Shown here: piece after piece, positions 27,284 to 39,302 of the stretch
How the letters are laid out: every line of letters starts with the position of its first letter
Position numbering within the stretch: the first letter of the stretch is position 1
Assembly: GCF_020745735.1 (NCBI RefSeq)
Contig: NC_083403.1
Location: forward strand, 26,462,766 to 26,526,765
DNA: 64,000 nucleotides
Reading direction: 5' to 3'
Source: Hemiscyllium ocellatum
Taxonomy: Eukaryota
Made by a program: the position numbers and the translations under genes
The notes under the pieces: model-generated
What the model was told of the DNA's origin: nothing
The model's database searches: none
Seen by the model: only the letters and a program-made list of their open reading frames with translations

Positions 27284-29143
27284 CCAGAAGGCAGCATATT
27301 AGAGGCCATTTGTAGTGCAGTGGTAGTGTCCCTACCTCAATGTTAATGTGCCCTACTGGGTCCATGTCTGAATGGGTTAATTCAAAGTATCTGGAAGGTT
27401 TAGAGTGAATCTCTTTCAGTGCCATATTCCTAATCTAGGAGCTGTTAGAGATGGGCAGAGTGCCTGCTCATGAGGCTAAATGAAATAGCCATTATGGGTC
27501 CAAACAATGGTCCGTGGAGGGGTCCGAATGCCTGACTGTCCCCAGTGGTTACATTTGCACTTTGGTATCCATTGAGAAGGAGCGAGTGGTGTGCACTGGC
27601 ATGACAGAGGCCTGTAGCAACTAATGGGCATTTCAGGAGCTCGGGAACACACCATCACCATCATCATCATTACTGTCATCATCCTGGGTAATGTTATTCT
27701 GATTTTATGCATTTCCATTAACTGTTTATTGCTTCTGCTATAGTGTTCAAAAATGTGTTCAATTTTGTTATTTTCAGAGTAGAGAGCAGCACCTGGTATC
27801 ATGTGATGCAATGGTAGTGTCCCTGCCTCTGGCCTGGGATGCCTGGGTCCACATCCCACCTGCTCTACAGGTGTGGCATGACATCTCCAAGCTGGTTGAT
27901 GAGAAACAATCTGGAATGCAGCATTTGAGGTTTGTGGTGCAGTGGTAGTGTCCCTTTCTCTGACCCTTCCAGGTTCAATTCCCACCTCCCCAGACATAAC
28001 ATGTCCGGACAGCCTCATTCATAATGAATGCCTCAAGGAGAGACGACGGTGTCAGCAGGTGAGTAGTCCAGACTAATGCTCTGGGGACCTGGGCATGACC
28101 CATAAGAAATTTAAATTCAATGAATAAATCTGGAATTAGTCCCTTATAATAGTAACCATGAAACCAATGTCAGCTGTTATAAAATCTGATTTCAGCATCT
28201 AATCTTTATCAGAAATGAACATCTGCCTCCATGTGACTCAGAGCATGTGGTTAACTTTTAATTAGAAATTAATTTGAGGGACATTACGAATGGGCAGCAA
28301 ATTCTTGTGAAGTTATTCTTCCTGTGAGAGAATAAAAGACCCACAGAGAGCAAATTCCTTCAAGTTCCCCTCCAAGTCACTCACCATCCTGAACTGGAAA
28401 TATATCGTTGTTGCTTCACTGTGTCTGGGACATAACCCTGGGAATTCACTCCCTAATGGCAACCAACAGCAGGTGGACTATAGCAGTTCAAGAAGGCAGC
28501 TCACCACCACTTTCTCAAGGCAACTAGGTTGGCAATAAATGCTGGCCAGTCAGGAGAGACCACATTCTTTGAACGAGTCAAGAAAGAACTATTTAATTGG
28601 TGCCTTGATGGCTGGTTTAGGGAGGAACATTAGCAAGGACTCAAGGTGAGAACTCCCCTTTCCTCTTTAGAAAAAAGGCTCACATCTTCAAATTAACCCA
28701 AGAGACCATACAAGGTTTGTCATCTTAGAATCCCTACAGAAAGCTGTTTGGCCCATCAAATGTGCACTGACATCTCTGAAGAGCATTCCCACCCACACCG
28801 GTTCCAGGAGGGAGTGAACACAAAAGTAGAGTTCAAGGGGTAGAATATAAATAGTTGCAGGGCCCTTTTGTGGTGCAGTGCTAGTGTCCCAACTTGGACC
28901 ATGAGGTAAAAGTTCGGAGGTGTGTAATACCATCTCTGAATAGGCTGATTAGAAAAATAGGTTAATAATAAATGGTTACATTGAGGGTGGTTCTCAGTAG
29001 GTACGAAGGATTGGAGAGTTTAAGGTTTGGCAATCCCTCTAAACTACTCCACTTTCCTGCCTTACTCTCCTCCTTATGTGGGTTCTCCATAAAACAGGCA
29101 GAATTGGTTAACAAGAAGAAAACAGAGGCCATGAAATAATAGG

Positions 29144-29336
29144 CAAAAGTGACGACTGCAGATGCTGGAGATTAGAGTGGTGCTGGAAAAGCACAACAGG
29201 TCAGGCAGCATCCGAGGAGCAGGAAAATTGATGTCTCGGTCCATTCCTGATGAAGGCTTTTGCCCGAAACGTCGATTTTCCTGCTCCTCAGATGCTGCCT
29301 GACCTGCTGTGCTTTTCCAGCACCACTATAGTCCAA
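29144..29336. mobile_element. Family A inverted pair
   Basis: Perfect 16-bp TSD GCCATGAAATAATAGG at 29128-29143 and 29337-29352. Confidence 0.8.
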
Positions 29337-29576
29337 GCCATGAAATAATAGGTCATTTTCAGGTTGTAATTAGTAGGATGCGAGAAGGATCAGTACTTGG
29401 GCCTCAACTATTTACAACTTATATCAATGACTAAGATGGGAGAGTAAGTTTGCTAATGCTGCAAAGTTAAGTAGCAGATGCAAGCTGTGAGGAGATAAAG
29501 AGGTTAATAAAGAATTTATACAGATTACATTAGAGGACATGGCAAACGAACTACTATACAAATAAACACAAAGCTA

Positions 29577-29990
29577 ATGGAGTGTACTATCTCCCCCTCC
29601 AACTCTATTTTGATTTAATCCCTATCCTCCCCCTCACTGTTTTGATCACACAGCATTGCCCTATGAGAAGGCCATTGCTTGTCACTGGCCACTTGGGTGT
29701 TTCCTTTCTTCATGGTGGTAGAAATCGAATAAAGATTAATACACCTTGTGTCTTTCACTGTGTCTCACACCTACACACACACACACCATGGGTGCTGGGG
29801 AAAATATAAGCACTACCGCTGTTAGGCAGTAGTGTGGGGGTAAAAAAGAAGAAAAAATAAATAAATAGGAGGGTAAGAGGTTCTGTTCACTCTGAGGGAG
29901 CTGGAATCAGTGTGGAGTGAAAAAAAAACAGACACGTCCTATATCCTGTTCACTCTGAGAGCTGCCTCTAAGGGAGCTGGGGGAAAAAGA
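29577..29990 (+). mobile_element. 5'-truncated non-LTR element (probably Tx1/L1-like) with serial poly(A) tails
   Basis: 13-bp TSD AAACACAAAGCTA at 29564-29576 and 29991-30003; a short terminal frame ECTISPSNSILI*; AATAAA; three A-tracts. Confidence 0.55.
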
Positions 29991-30459
29991 AAACACAAAG
30001 CTATCTACTTTGGTAGGAAAACTAGCCAAACATAATATATATTAAATGATGAGAGACTGAGAGTTATTGCTATTCAGAGAGACCATGTACAGAAATCACT
30101 AGAGGTTAACATTCAAGTGCAAGAGACATTTATAAAGACAGATAATATGCCAATCTTTATTACTTAGGGATTGGGCGGTGAGATGTTTTACTACAGTTAT
30201 ATATAGCCTTGGCCACATGTGGAGTGTTACGTAGAGATTTGGTCTCCTTCCTGTGGAGTAAAGGCTTAATTAAACCTTTTACATTAATAGCCAACACTGA
30301 GCATGTACATAAGGAGTTATGTCAGAACAGATTGACCTATAGCTGATTATATTGGGTCTACTACCATCCCCAGTGCACTGTGTTGTCCTTGATAAAACGT
30401 GTTCATGTTCACTCACCTGAGGGCAGATCTGATTTAAAACACTTCCCTAAGGAAGGATG

Positions 30460-30656
30460 CCATGACTTGGAGTTGCCGGTGTTGGACTGGGGTGGACAAA
30501 GTTAAAAATCGTACAACACCAGGTTATAGTCCGACAGATTCATTTGGAAGCACACTAGCTTTCAGAGCGCCGCTCCTAATGAAGGAGCAGCACTCTCAAA
30601 GCTAGTACTTCCAAATAAACCTGTTGGACTATAACCTGGTGTTGTGTGATTTTTAT
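30460..30656. mobile_element. Penelope-like family B short inverted pair
   Basis: Arms join inside the hammerhead core. TSD CTAAGGAAGG(A/G)TG at 30447-30459 and 30657-30669. Confidence 0.7.
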
Positions 30657-31056
30657 CTAAGGAAGGGTGTACTTATATTAGAAGGAGTGCACCAAAGATT
30701 GATGAGGGATAGCTTACCAATGAGGAGCAACTGAGTAACGAAGCCTGTTTTTCTAAAATTTCGAAGGATGATCCCATTGAAACACATACATTAGTCAAGG
30801 GCTTGACAGGGTAACTGCTGGAAAAAGGGCCGGAATCACAACTTAGAATCAAGGATTGGTCATTTAGTGTTCCAGAAAGAAACCTCCATGGGTTATGTTT
30901 CATGACAACTCTTTACCCCTGAGAGCTGTGGATTTGCAATAATTTCAGACAGAGATCAATAAATCTTTGGGTTGATCTAATAAATCAAGTAGATTTTGAG
31001 GAATATGGGCTACAGCAGGAAAATGGAGTTTAGGCAAAAGATTTGCTGTGATCTTA

Positions 31057-31505
31057 TAGAGTTATAGATTCATCCAGCACAGAAACAGACCCTTTGTTCC
31101 AACTAGTCTATGCTGAACATAATCCAATACTAAACTAGTCCCACCTGCCTGCTCCTGGCCCAGATTCCTCCAAACATTTCTTATTCATGTACTTCTCCAA
31201 GTGATTTTTAAATATTGTAACTGTGCCTGCAGCCACCACTTCCTCAGGAAGTTCATTCCACACATGAACCACCCTCTGCGTAAAAACTTTACCCCTCACA
31301 TCTTCTTTTAAAATCTCTCTCCTCTCCCCTTAAAGACATGCTCACTAGTTTTGAAATCTCCCAGCCTAAGGAAAAATTAGGATTTTACCATTAACCCTAT
31401 CTATATCCCTCATGACTTTGTAAAGCTCTATAAGGTCACTTCTCAACCTCCTTGGGTCCAATGAAAATCTCCCAGCCCTCCTTTATAACGCAAACCTTCC
31501 CTTCC
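31057..31505 (-). mobile_element. CR1 3' fragment
   Basis: Same tail as 49420 and 45243. Confidence 0.8.
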
Positions 31506-34059
31506 CTTGAACGAATCAGCAAACAGCCAAATAACCTATTGCAGCTGCTGCTTCTTTGAGACCTTTTCAAATCAACCTGTTCAGAGATTTTATTACATGC
31601 CCTTTGACCAAGTGGAACTTGAGCCCGTGTCTCCTATTCTTATGTCCTTACCGCTCTGAGGAAGTTTTTGATGACCTCACCACAGGGGTAACTTTGTTTA
31701 ATCGCCCTCCTGTGAAGTGTTGTCGAAATGTTTTGACTGTTAAAGGCGCTATACGAAAGCAGATTGCTGTTGGATGGATTGTGAGCCAGCTGTGATGGAA
31801 CTGAAGACAGCAGGGGTTAAGCATGTGATTAGTTGCTTTATTCTCTCTCGCACCGAGTCTCTCTCACTCTCTGTCACTCTATCGCACTCTTACTGCTAAA
31901 GTAATGAAAGTTCAGGTTGGAGTCAGTGTGGATGCAGCGAGGTTAGACCACACAAATGTGTCTCTCTCGAACTGGACTCCCCAACCCCACAAGTGATTCT
32001 GCAGATGAGAGAGCTGGAGGTTTGAGTTCCAGTCGAGGGTCTGGACAGTTGCGCCTGTTCTGTGCTACACTTGCTGGGCAAGAGTCAAAACTTGGCGTGC
32101 ATCAGTTGAGACACAGCCTTTGTTACTGCCCTAGTGCCCACCGTGGTGTAACACGTCTGACCCAGCTTCTTCCCAACACAGCAGAGGAAAGAACATTTGA
32201 GAGTGAGTGAAATAATGTTGGAAGTGGAAGAGGAACATGTGTACTCCCTCTCAGCAGCTCACCACTTTGCAAGACAGCATGACAAGTTTAGTCACGCGAC
32301 GTTACCCTTACTTATCCTTTTCAGCTATCCCAGGGCCGTGATCAATGTTTCTCCTCCTCCATCATCTCTCCTTGCTCATCGAGGCCACCTCTGTGCAGTT
32401 CTTTTTTAAACCATTCTAAGCTAGTTCATCCACCCCTGAGAATGACACAAGGGCAAAAATGAGATGTGTTTCTCGCCATCTTTTGGAATGCTTTGCGTCC
32501 CATCGGCGTGGGAAATGCGTGAGGTCGAAAATGTGACCGCCAACCGCAACCTCCCCACCCCCGTGCACAGCAAGATCCCACATTTGCTGGAAATGGGGAA
32601 CAAATACAGAGAAAGCCAGGGAAACTCAGCAGGTCTGGCAGCATCTGTGGACAGAGGAACAGAGTTAATGTTTCAGCTCCGAGGTTACTCATTTTCAGAG
32701 CAATATCGTAAATTATGTTTAGTGTGGTACTTCAAGTCAATTTAGAAGATAGGAGCAGGAGTAGGCCATTCAGCCCTTCACGCCTCCTCCGCCATGCAAG
32801 TGGATCATAGCCAACTCATTCCCCAATTCTGACTTTCTCCCTGTAGACCCTAAGAGCTACACCTTACTCCTTTCCTGAAAGCATTCAATGCTTTGGTGGC
32901 GATTGCTTTCCGTGGTGGAGAATTCCACAGGGTTTCTGGGTGAAGGAAGCTCTCCTCATCTCAGTCTGAAATGGCCTAGCCCTGGTTAGACCATGCCCCC
33001 CTGGTTCTGGGTTAACAATCATCAGGAACATCCTTCCTGGGTTTCCATGCACTGTGTCACTGAGCTAGAATGGGGAAGGACCAAACTTCTAATTCTGGCT
33101 GCTGGGTTGAAGCTTAATGTTTTGGCCTGTCATCGTCACTGTGGGACCTGGCAGGTGAGTGAAGAATAATTTGAACATTTACCTAAGACAGCTCAAATGT
33201 TACCTCCCCGCTTTGAGCTTCAGCCTGATCAGAGGCAGCATCACCATGGGTTGGCAGGCACTGCTGTGGGGTGGGGCGGCAGTGTTCCTTTAGAGTGCAG
33301 GGAAAATCAGAGGTAGTTATTATCAATGTGGGGCGGAGGGATCCTCTATGAGCCAAGTTTCCAAAACCTAAAGGACACCCTTCCACCCTGCAAACCTCCA
33401 TAGTGTTCAATGGTTTGATTCTCATGTGTTTGATTGTGTGCATCTGTTATCAACTCTATGCACACTGTGTTTGATTGATTATGCCTGGGTGTGGACTCAG
33501 GGAAAAAGAGACAAGGCTGTAGAAAGTGCTGTAAGCATGAGTGTGGACATTTTGTGATGGCAGGGATGTTTTGAACAACTGTTACTGATGTTTGTCTTCA
33601 CACAGGGACAGTTTCTGCACAGATCAGTCATATAACAGTTGTCATTTCAAAGCGACCTCCTATTTGTCTTGTAACACTGAGGATGGATAGAAACATTCCT
33701 GATACTGGGACCAGGCCCCTGCCCTCAGTTCAGAGTTGAGAACTGCCTCAATGTGTTTGTCCTGCACTGATCTTTGTGACTAACTTAGATCACTGGGTTT
33801 GGAATTTGCAGACTTCACCTAATCTTTGTGTCAACTGACTGCCAATTCCATGTCCCAGCTGACAACTTTCTTTGAGTTTAGAGCCTAGCTTGCAATTCAC
33901 ATTTCTCACCCTGATGTTGAAAGTGTAATTCCATGATGTTTTGGTCACTCTTCGCAAAAAGATGCTTATTACATCAATGCAGTGTCTTTACATATTACCA
34001 AGCCAAAAATACCCAAATGTCCCACTGTGAGACTCAATGAAACGTGCTCAAGAAAAACA

Positions 34060-34112
34060 AACAGGGAGATAATGATTTGTACATCTTGGAAGTAAAGGAG
34101 GAAATATTTATT
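34060..34112 (-). terminator. Candidate polyadenylation signal with GU/U-rich downstream element
   Basis: AATAAA on the minus strand (tttatt, 34107-34112), preceded by about 300 nt of AU-rich unique sequence and followed by TGTTTGTTTTTC. Confidence 0.5.
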
Positions 34113-35234
34113 TTTTTTTAAAAAAGCACAAAATATTACACAGAGGCCAGGTTTTTAGTACTGTACAGCACGTTTAATACACCAGTGACATCTCTACTAA
34201 TTGAATTTACATAAAAGTAAAAGGATATGTTTACCATTCTGTTTAATAGTTATTACTGGGGATACCCGTCGTGTTTCATACACAACTCAAAATATTTATG
34301 TCAATTGGCAATATTTAACAAGAAAAGAGGCATATTCTTAAATACAATTATTTTTCTTGAAAAAATATGCGTTAATCTAGGGTTATTTCTGGTGGTGTTT
34401 GTAGAAAAGCAGAAGTATTGAAGGCACCTTTGCAGATGCAAAAATCCCTCCTTCCACTGCCCCAGGCCCTCTTTGCCTTTGACTAGTGCTTAGCTTCAGA
34501 ATGTGAGAAACTGGAGTGGTTGGGATAGTGGAGGGGTGGCAGTGTGCGGTTGGGAATGGAGTGGGTGACAATGGTGTGGACAGGAAGTGGACATGCTAGG
34601 GAAGGGGCAGGAAGGGGCTCAAGGGAGAATCTTCTTCCTCCAATCTATAACCACCACAAGGAATCCTTTCCCCTTAAAGCGAAACAGAAAGCCCATTCTT
34701 ATCCAGAAATACTGGCTGAGGCAGAGGAAGTGCATGGTGGTTCTTTCTGAAGTTGTCAGTAAGGCACTTGCCCGAGAGACACAGATGGAGAGCTCAACAT
34801 TCCTTATCGTTCTGCAAAGTCTCTTACAATCGAAAGGGAGAATGTGTTAGTCGGAATAGCCATATCGTTCAGAAAGCATTACAAGCACACAGAGAGCCCA
34901 ACTTCAGGACCCATTTCAAGCCTGAAATGACTTAACAAGTAACATGGGTTAGTTAGTGTCATGAGTTGTTAAAGCTTGCAGATTTGTGCGACGGTTGGCT
35001 GAAGACGGAGAAGACCCAGTAAAGCTGAGGAAAGAGGGAGCTAGAGTTAAAACAATGTGGTGAGCATAGGCTGCAAAATGAGGAATGGCTTATGTGCTGA
35101 CTCATGTCCCCCACCTTCTTGTGATCATCGATTTTCATCATGATCTGTGACTTGATACTTTCTGCAGTGTCATAGAGCTAGGGAGTCAGGCTTGCAAAAC
35201 ATTAACTCAAATTCTCAGCCTTGCTGAAGCTGAG

Positions 35235-35530
35235 ACACAGTGGCTCAGTGATTGGCTCTGCTGCCTCCCAGGACCCAGGTTCAATTCCACCCTCAGGTGA
35301 CCATCTCCCTGTGTCTGTGTGGGTTTCGTCTGGCTGTTCTGTTTTCCTCCCACAATCCAATGATGTGCAGGTTAGGTGGTCTGGCTGTGCTAAATCACCC
35401 TGTAGTCTGCAGGGCTATGCAGATAAGGTGGGTTAGCGATAGGAAATACATGGTTTTTGCGGTGGGTTGCTCTTTGGAGGGTCGATGTGGATGGGCTAAA
35501 TGGCCTGCTTCCATACTGTAGGGATTCTAT
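35235..35530 (+). mobile_element. HE1/V-SINE-type SINE
   Basis: Same family consensus. Confidence 0.8.
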
Positions 35531-38500
35531 AAAAGTTGAGACCCCAATGGATTTTCTCTGGCCAGCAAGTTCAGGAGAACAGAAATTCTCCATACCAATC
35601 ATTGACGGTTTCTTGTGACAATTTAATTAAACACAAGAAGCACAGAGAGAAGGACAAGGACTGTTCATGGTAAATATTTTTGCCTTTCTTCTCTGCTGCA
35701 CAAAGCTTTGTGTGCCAAGAAGTTTACATTTGTCCTTGGTATGTAGGTCTTGCTGGCAAGATTAGCATTAATCTCCTATCCCTGGCTAGGGTGGTCGAAG
35801 GCATTCCTCTGAAACCACCGCAGACCATGTGGTGAAGGTATTTTCCCTTGACACCAATTGTCTGCCTTCTATGTGGAGCCCATCAGCCAGGCCTCTTAGG
35901 ATCCAAGCAGCTCATTTAACAAGCAGTGCCTTCCATCTGCAGGTTCCACACCCCGCCACTGCTCACTGCCCTGCTCTGCAGCGTAGTCTGAAGGCTGCAG
36001 TGTGCTTCAAAAGGTTCATCTCTACTCCACAACTGAAGCTCAAGACGCTGCTGAATAAACCCAGCAGCCTGAAAGCTAACCAGCAGCTAACTCCCATTGA
36101 AATTTGGTGAACAGCCCGAGCATCAGTACAGGGGAACTTCGTACCCGAGAGCTGTACCTATGCCAAATTCTCCCAACGCCATTTTTAACTTCAAACGTAC
36201 CAATTAATCATTTTTCTTAATAGGTCTTCACTGACTCCCAATGCTTTCAGTGTTTGAGTCCTGTTCAATAGCCCCGTAAAGCATTGTCACAGGTACAAGT
36301 GGCGCAGGTCAATGAATCATGTCAAATGTGCCATCTAGCAGTGAATAAGGTAAATATGCTGAGATTCAACTTTACTAAATCGTTAACCTTCGCTCACCAG
36401 CTTTGTTTCTTCACTGCGTGCATACACTGTTCTACAACACTGAGGGTTAAACTCAACAAGGTCTTTGAAGGGGGTGAATGGACAGCCGGGGGCAAATCCA
36501 AAACTGGGCATCATAAATATGGCAGAGTCATTGATAAACCCAGTGAGGAATTCAGGAGAGAACATTTGAACTGAATGCGAGACAGGGAGTGGCTGACTTT
36601 GGTTGTATACATACATTTAAGGGATAGCTTAACAGAGGAAAAAAGGACAGAACGAGATGGTCATGGTTTAGTTGAAGGACAATGGGAGGATACGCAGGTG
36701 CAGAATAATCACCAGTACGGAACTGTAGGGCTGAATGGCCCGTTACAGAGCAGCTATTCTCTGTCATTGGAGGGAGATTTTTCTAACTGTTGCGCTGTAA
36801 ATGCCAGGAAGCCCAGATCCCCCCTCACATTCCCCTTTCTCCTACCTTCCCTGAACTTTTCCACAATTGCTCACTTTAAATGGATTCTTCTCCTCCTGCC
36901 TTGTCATTTGTGCCACAGCATGGGAAGGTTATCATACCTTAGCAGCCTTAGTAAATCATATGTGGCTTATGGAACAGTGTCCCAGCATGCTGCACTCTGG
37001 CCAGGCATGTTAGATCTCAGATTGGCTTCGGATTCTACGTATGAGAAAAAGAGATGCCAACCAACGGGCATCAGTTCAACAGGCGCCAGGCAACATTGGT
37101 ATTAGTTAACCTTAAACATAACCACTAGATTATGGTTTACGCTTGGTATATGGTTACATGTTTTGACTTGAAGCTTTGGGGATAGCGTCCCTACCTTTGA
37201 ACTAGGAGGTCTGGGTTCAAGTCTCACCTGCTCCAGAGGTGTTGGTTAACAGGTTGATTCAGCAAAAGTGGTGAGTGAACTTAATTTGCGGTTAGGGAAA
37301 GCAAGGCCAGTGTGGTAAGTGGGACTGCTGGAGGGAGGGAACGGAGGTGCAAGGAATTGAATGACAACCTGGAGATCATGTCTGCATCACCGCCGTCTCC
37401 TCCAGGGAAATACATGCTGGCAATACCCACATCCCATGAAATGAATAATATTTTTTAAAAGAAACCTCCTTTGAATTTCTCTCCTCATGGGTCCAAATAC
37501 AATTTGACCAGCTTAGCCAGGGGAATGTTTTGCTGCAAAACTGGCGACATGCAAACGCAAACTGGGAGCAGGACCTGCTGTATAACGAGGCAGTTTCTCG
37601 GCTGAAAGACAGGAGAGGGAGGCGAGAGGATTGCAGCCAACAAATCAGCCATACCCACCAGAGACCATTCCGTGGCGATCTATCTCCATCCATCGTGCTT
37701 GCTGCCTCCCTGGGGCTTAATTTCTGACAGCATTCAATGTCCTTTGCAGCTTTGAAAATACATCCAGGATTCAGAGATTACCACATCTGTCAAAATAATC
37801 TTCTTGGCACCTTTCACTGCTCAATGCTCCTGCAGCAATTCGGAGAGTGGGCTAAAGACAAAATACTTTCGCCCGATTCTCAGCAAAATTGATCACGTAA
37901 TGTTTCCCCTCCCAACTCCCCCCCCCCCCCCCCCCCCCATCCGCTCTGAGCCCTTTTTGTTCCAAAGATGTTTGATTTCGAGGTTGTCTTTGTGAAGTAG
38001 TTACGGGGCATTGAAAACCATAATTGTGGGTCTGGCTCATTGCTTGTTACCGCTGGCAGAGTGTAGCCTGCACGATCATGTGTGGGAGTTCCTGACCTTC
38101 CAGTCCCCTCCTGTTTCACCAGGGGTGCTCGTCAATCAGTCTGCCAAGCCTTTTCAAGTGAGGCATTCAGGCGTGGCTGGAACCGACGTCTATCAGGCCA
38201 GATTATGTGCATGTGGGAGCACCAATGCAAAGACTTCACCTCGTATTAAGTGACGCTGAGTTAACCACGTCCAGGTCTGACCCTACAGCGTTCACAGCCG
38301 TCCAGCATTGTGAGATGCCAGGATGAGGGTTTCTGCTTGAAAAACAGAAACCGCTGGAGAAACTCAGTGGCTCTGGCCACATTTGTGGAGAGAGAAAGCA
38401 GAGTTAACCTCTCAAGTCCAGCAGCCCTTCTTCAGAACAGTCAGTTTCTCTCCACAGGTACTGCCAGACCTGCGGAGTTTCTCCCAGCTATTTCTGATTG

Positions 38501-38809
38501 GTTTAGATTCCTGTAGTTTTATTTTAGTGTTTCTGCTCCTTACGGAAGGCTTGGAATTACAAGCAGAGGCCAGTGTCTTGGTGAGGAGGGAGAAGAGTCA
38601 GAGGAGGTTTACCAACTCTACGGAGGGACTGGACACTTTGTGACTATTTCTCCTGAAAGCAAAGATTGGAAACTCAACAGAGGTTCCAAATAGTCAGGTG
38701 CTTTTGAGGGAGGAACCTGCTTCAAAAGGCAGATATGAAACAATTGGTTAAAGTGCTATAGGAGTTTTTAAAATTATTTATTCATTCAGATCCTGGGCTG
38801 AGTCTGGTT

Positions 38810-39302
38810 TATTGCCTGGGCCAGGGTGCCCTTGAGAAAATGGTGGTGAGCTGACTCCTTGAACCGCTGAAGTCTGTGTGGTGCAGGTAGGCGGACATTG
38901 GGTTTAGGACGAGGATTCAATGATATTGATTAAGTGATAGTGAAGGAACAATTATATGTTTCCAAATCTGGGTGGTGAATGGCTTGTAATGGAACTTGCA
39001 AGTGGTGGTGTTCCCATGTATCTGCTGCCCTTGTCCTTGTAGATGGAAGTGGTTGTGGGTTTGAAAGATGCTATCTCAGGATCTTTGGTTGAATTCCTGC
39101 AGTGCATCTTGCAGATAGTACACACTGCTGCTCCTTGAAAGGATTTTGGAGAGATGTTTGAGGATCTGGCGCCAATCAGAGGGGCTGCTTTATCCTGGGT
39201 ATTGTTAAGCTTCTTGAGCGCTATTGGAGCTGCACCCATCCAGGCATGTGGGGAGTACTCCATCACAACCCCTGACTTGTGCCTTGCAAATGAGCTCTGG
39301 GG
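38810..39302 (-). mobile_element. Same LINE family, 3' fragment (resumes at about 40975-41070 beyond the LTR element)
   Basis: VMEYSPHAWMGAAP...QDKAA...KMHC. Confidence 0.75.

Larger units (their letters stand above)
29050..31050 (+). mobile_element. Heavily decayed CR1-type LINE hosting three younger insertions
   Basis: Remnants gaaggatcagtacttgggcctcaactatttacaacttatatcaatgac (QGSVLGPQLFTTYIND-like) and downstream RT and tail pieces. Confidence 0.65.

Noticed and set aside
27476-28018. 180-aa minus-strand ORF
   Set aside because: Runs through antisense short repeats and a (CAT)n tract; no recognisable protein.
32500-32585. CGTGGGAA (RBPJ) and TGCGTG (AHR) motifs
   Set aside because: They sit in what looks like an ancient SINE core remnant (gcacagcaagatcccaca), and isolated short motifs are weak evidence.
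36575-37105. 176-aa plus-strand ORF
   Set aside because: Begins in a decayed CR1 tail; no recognisable domain.
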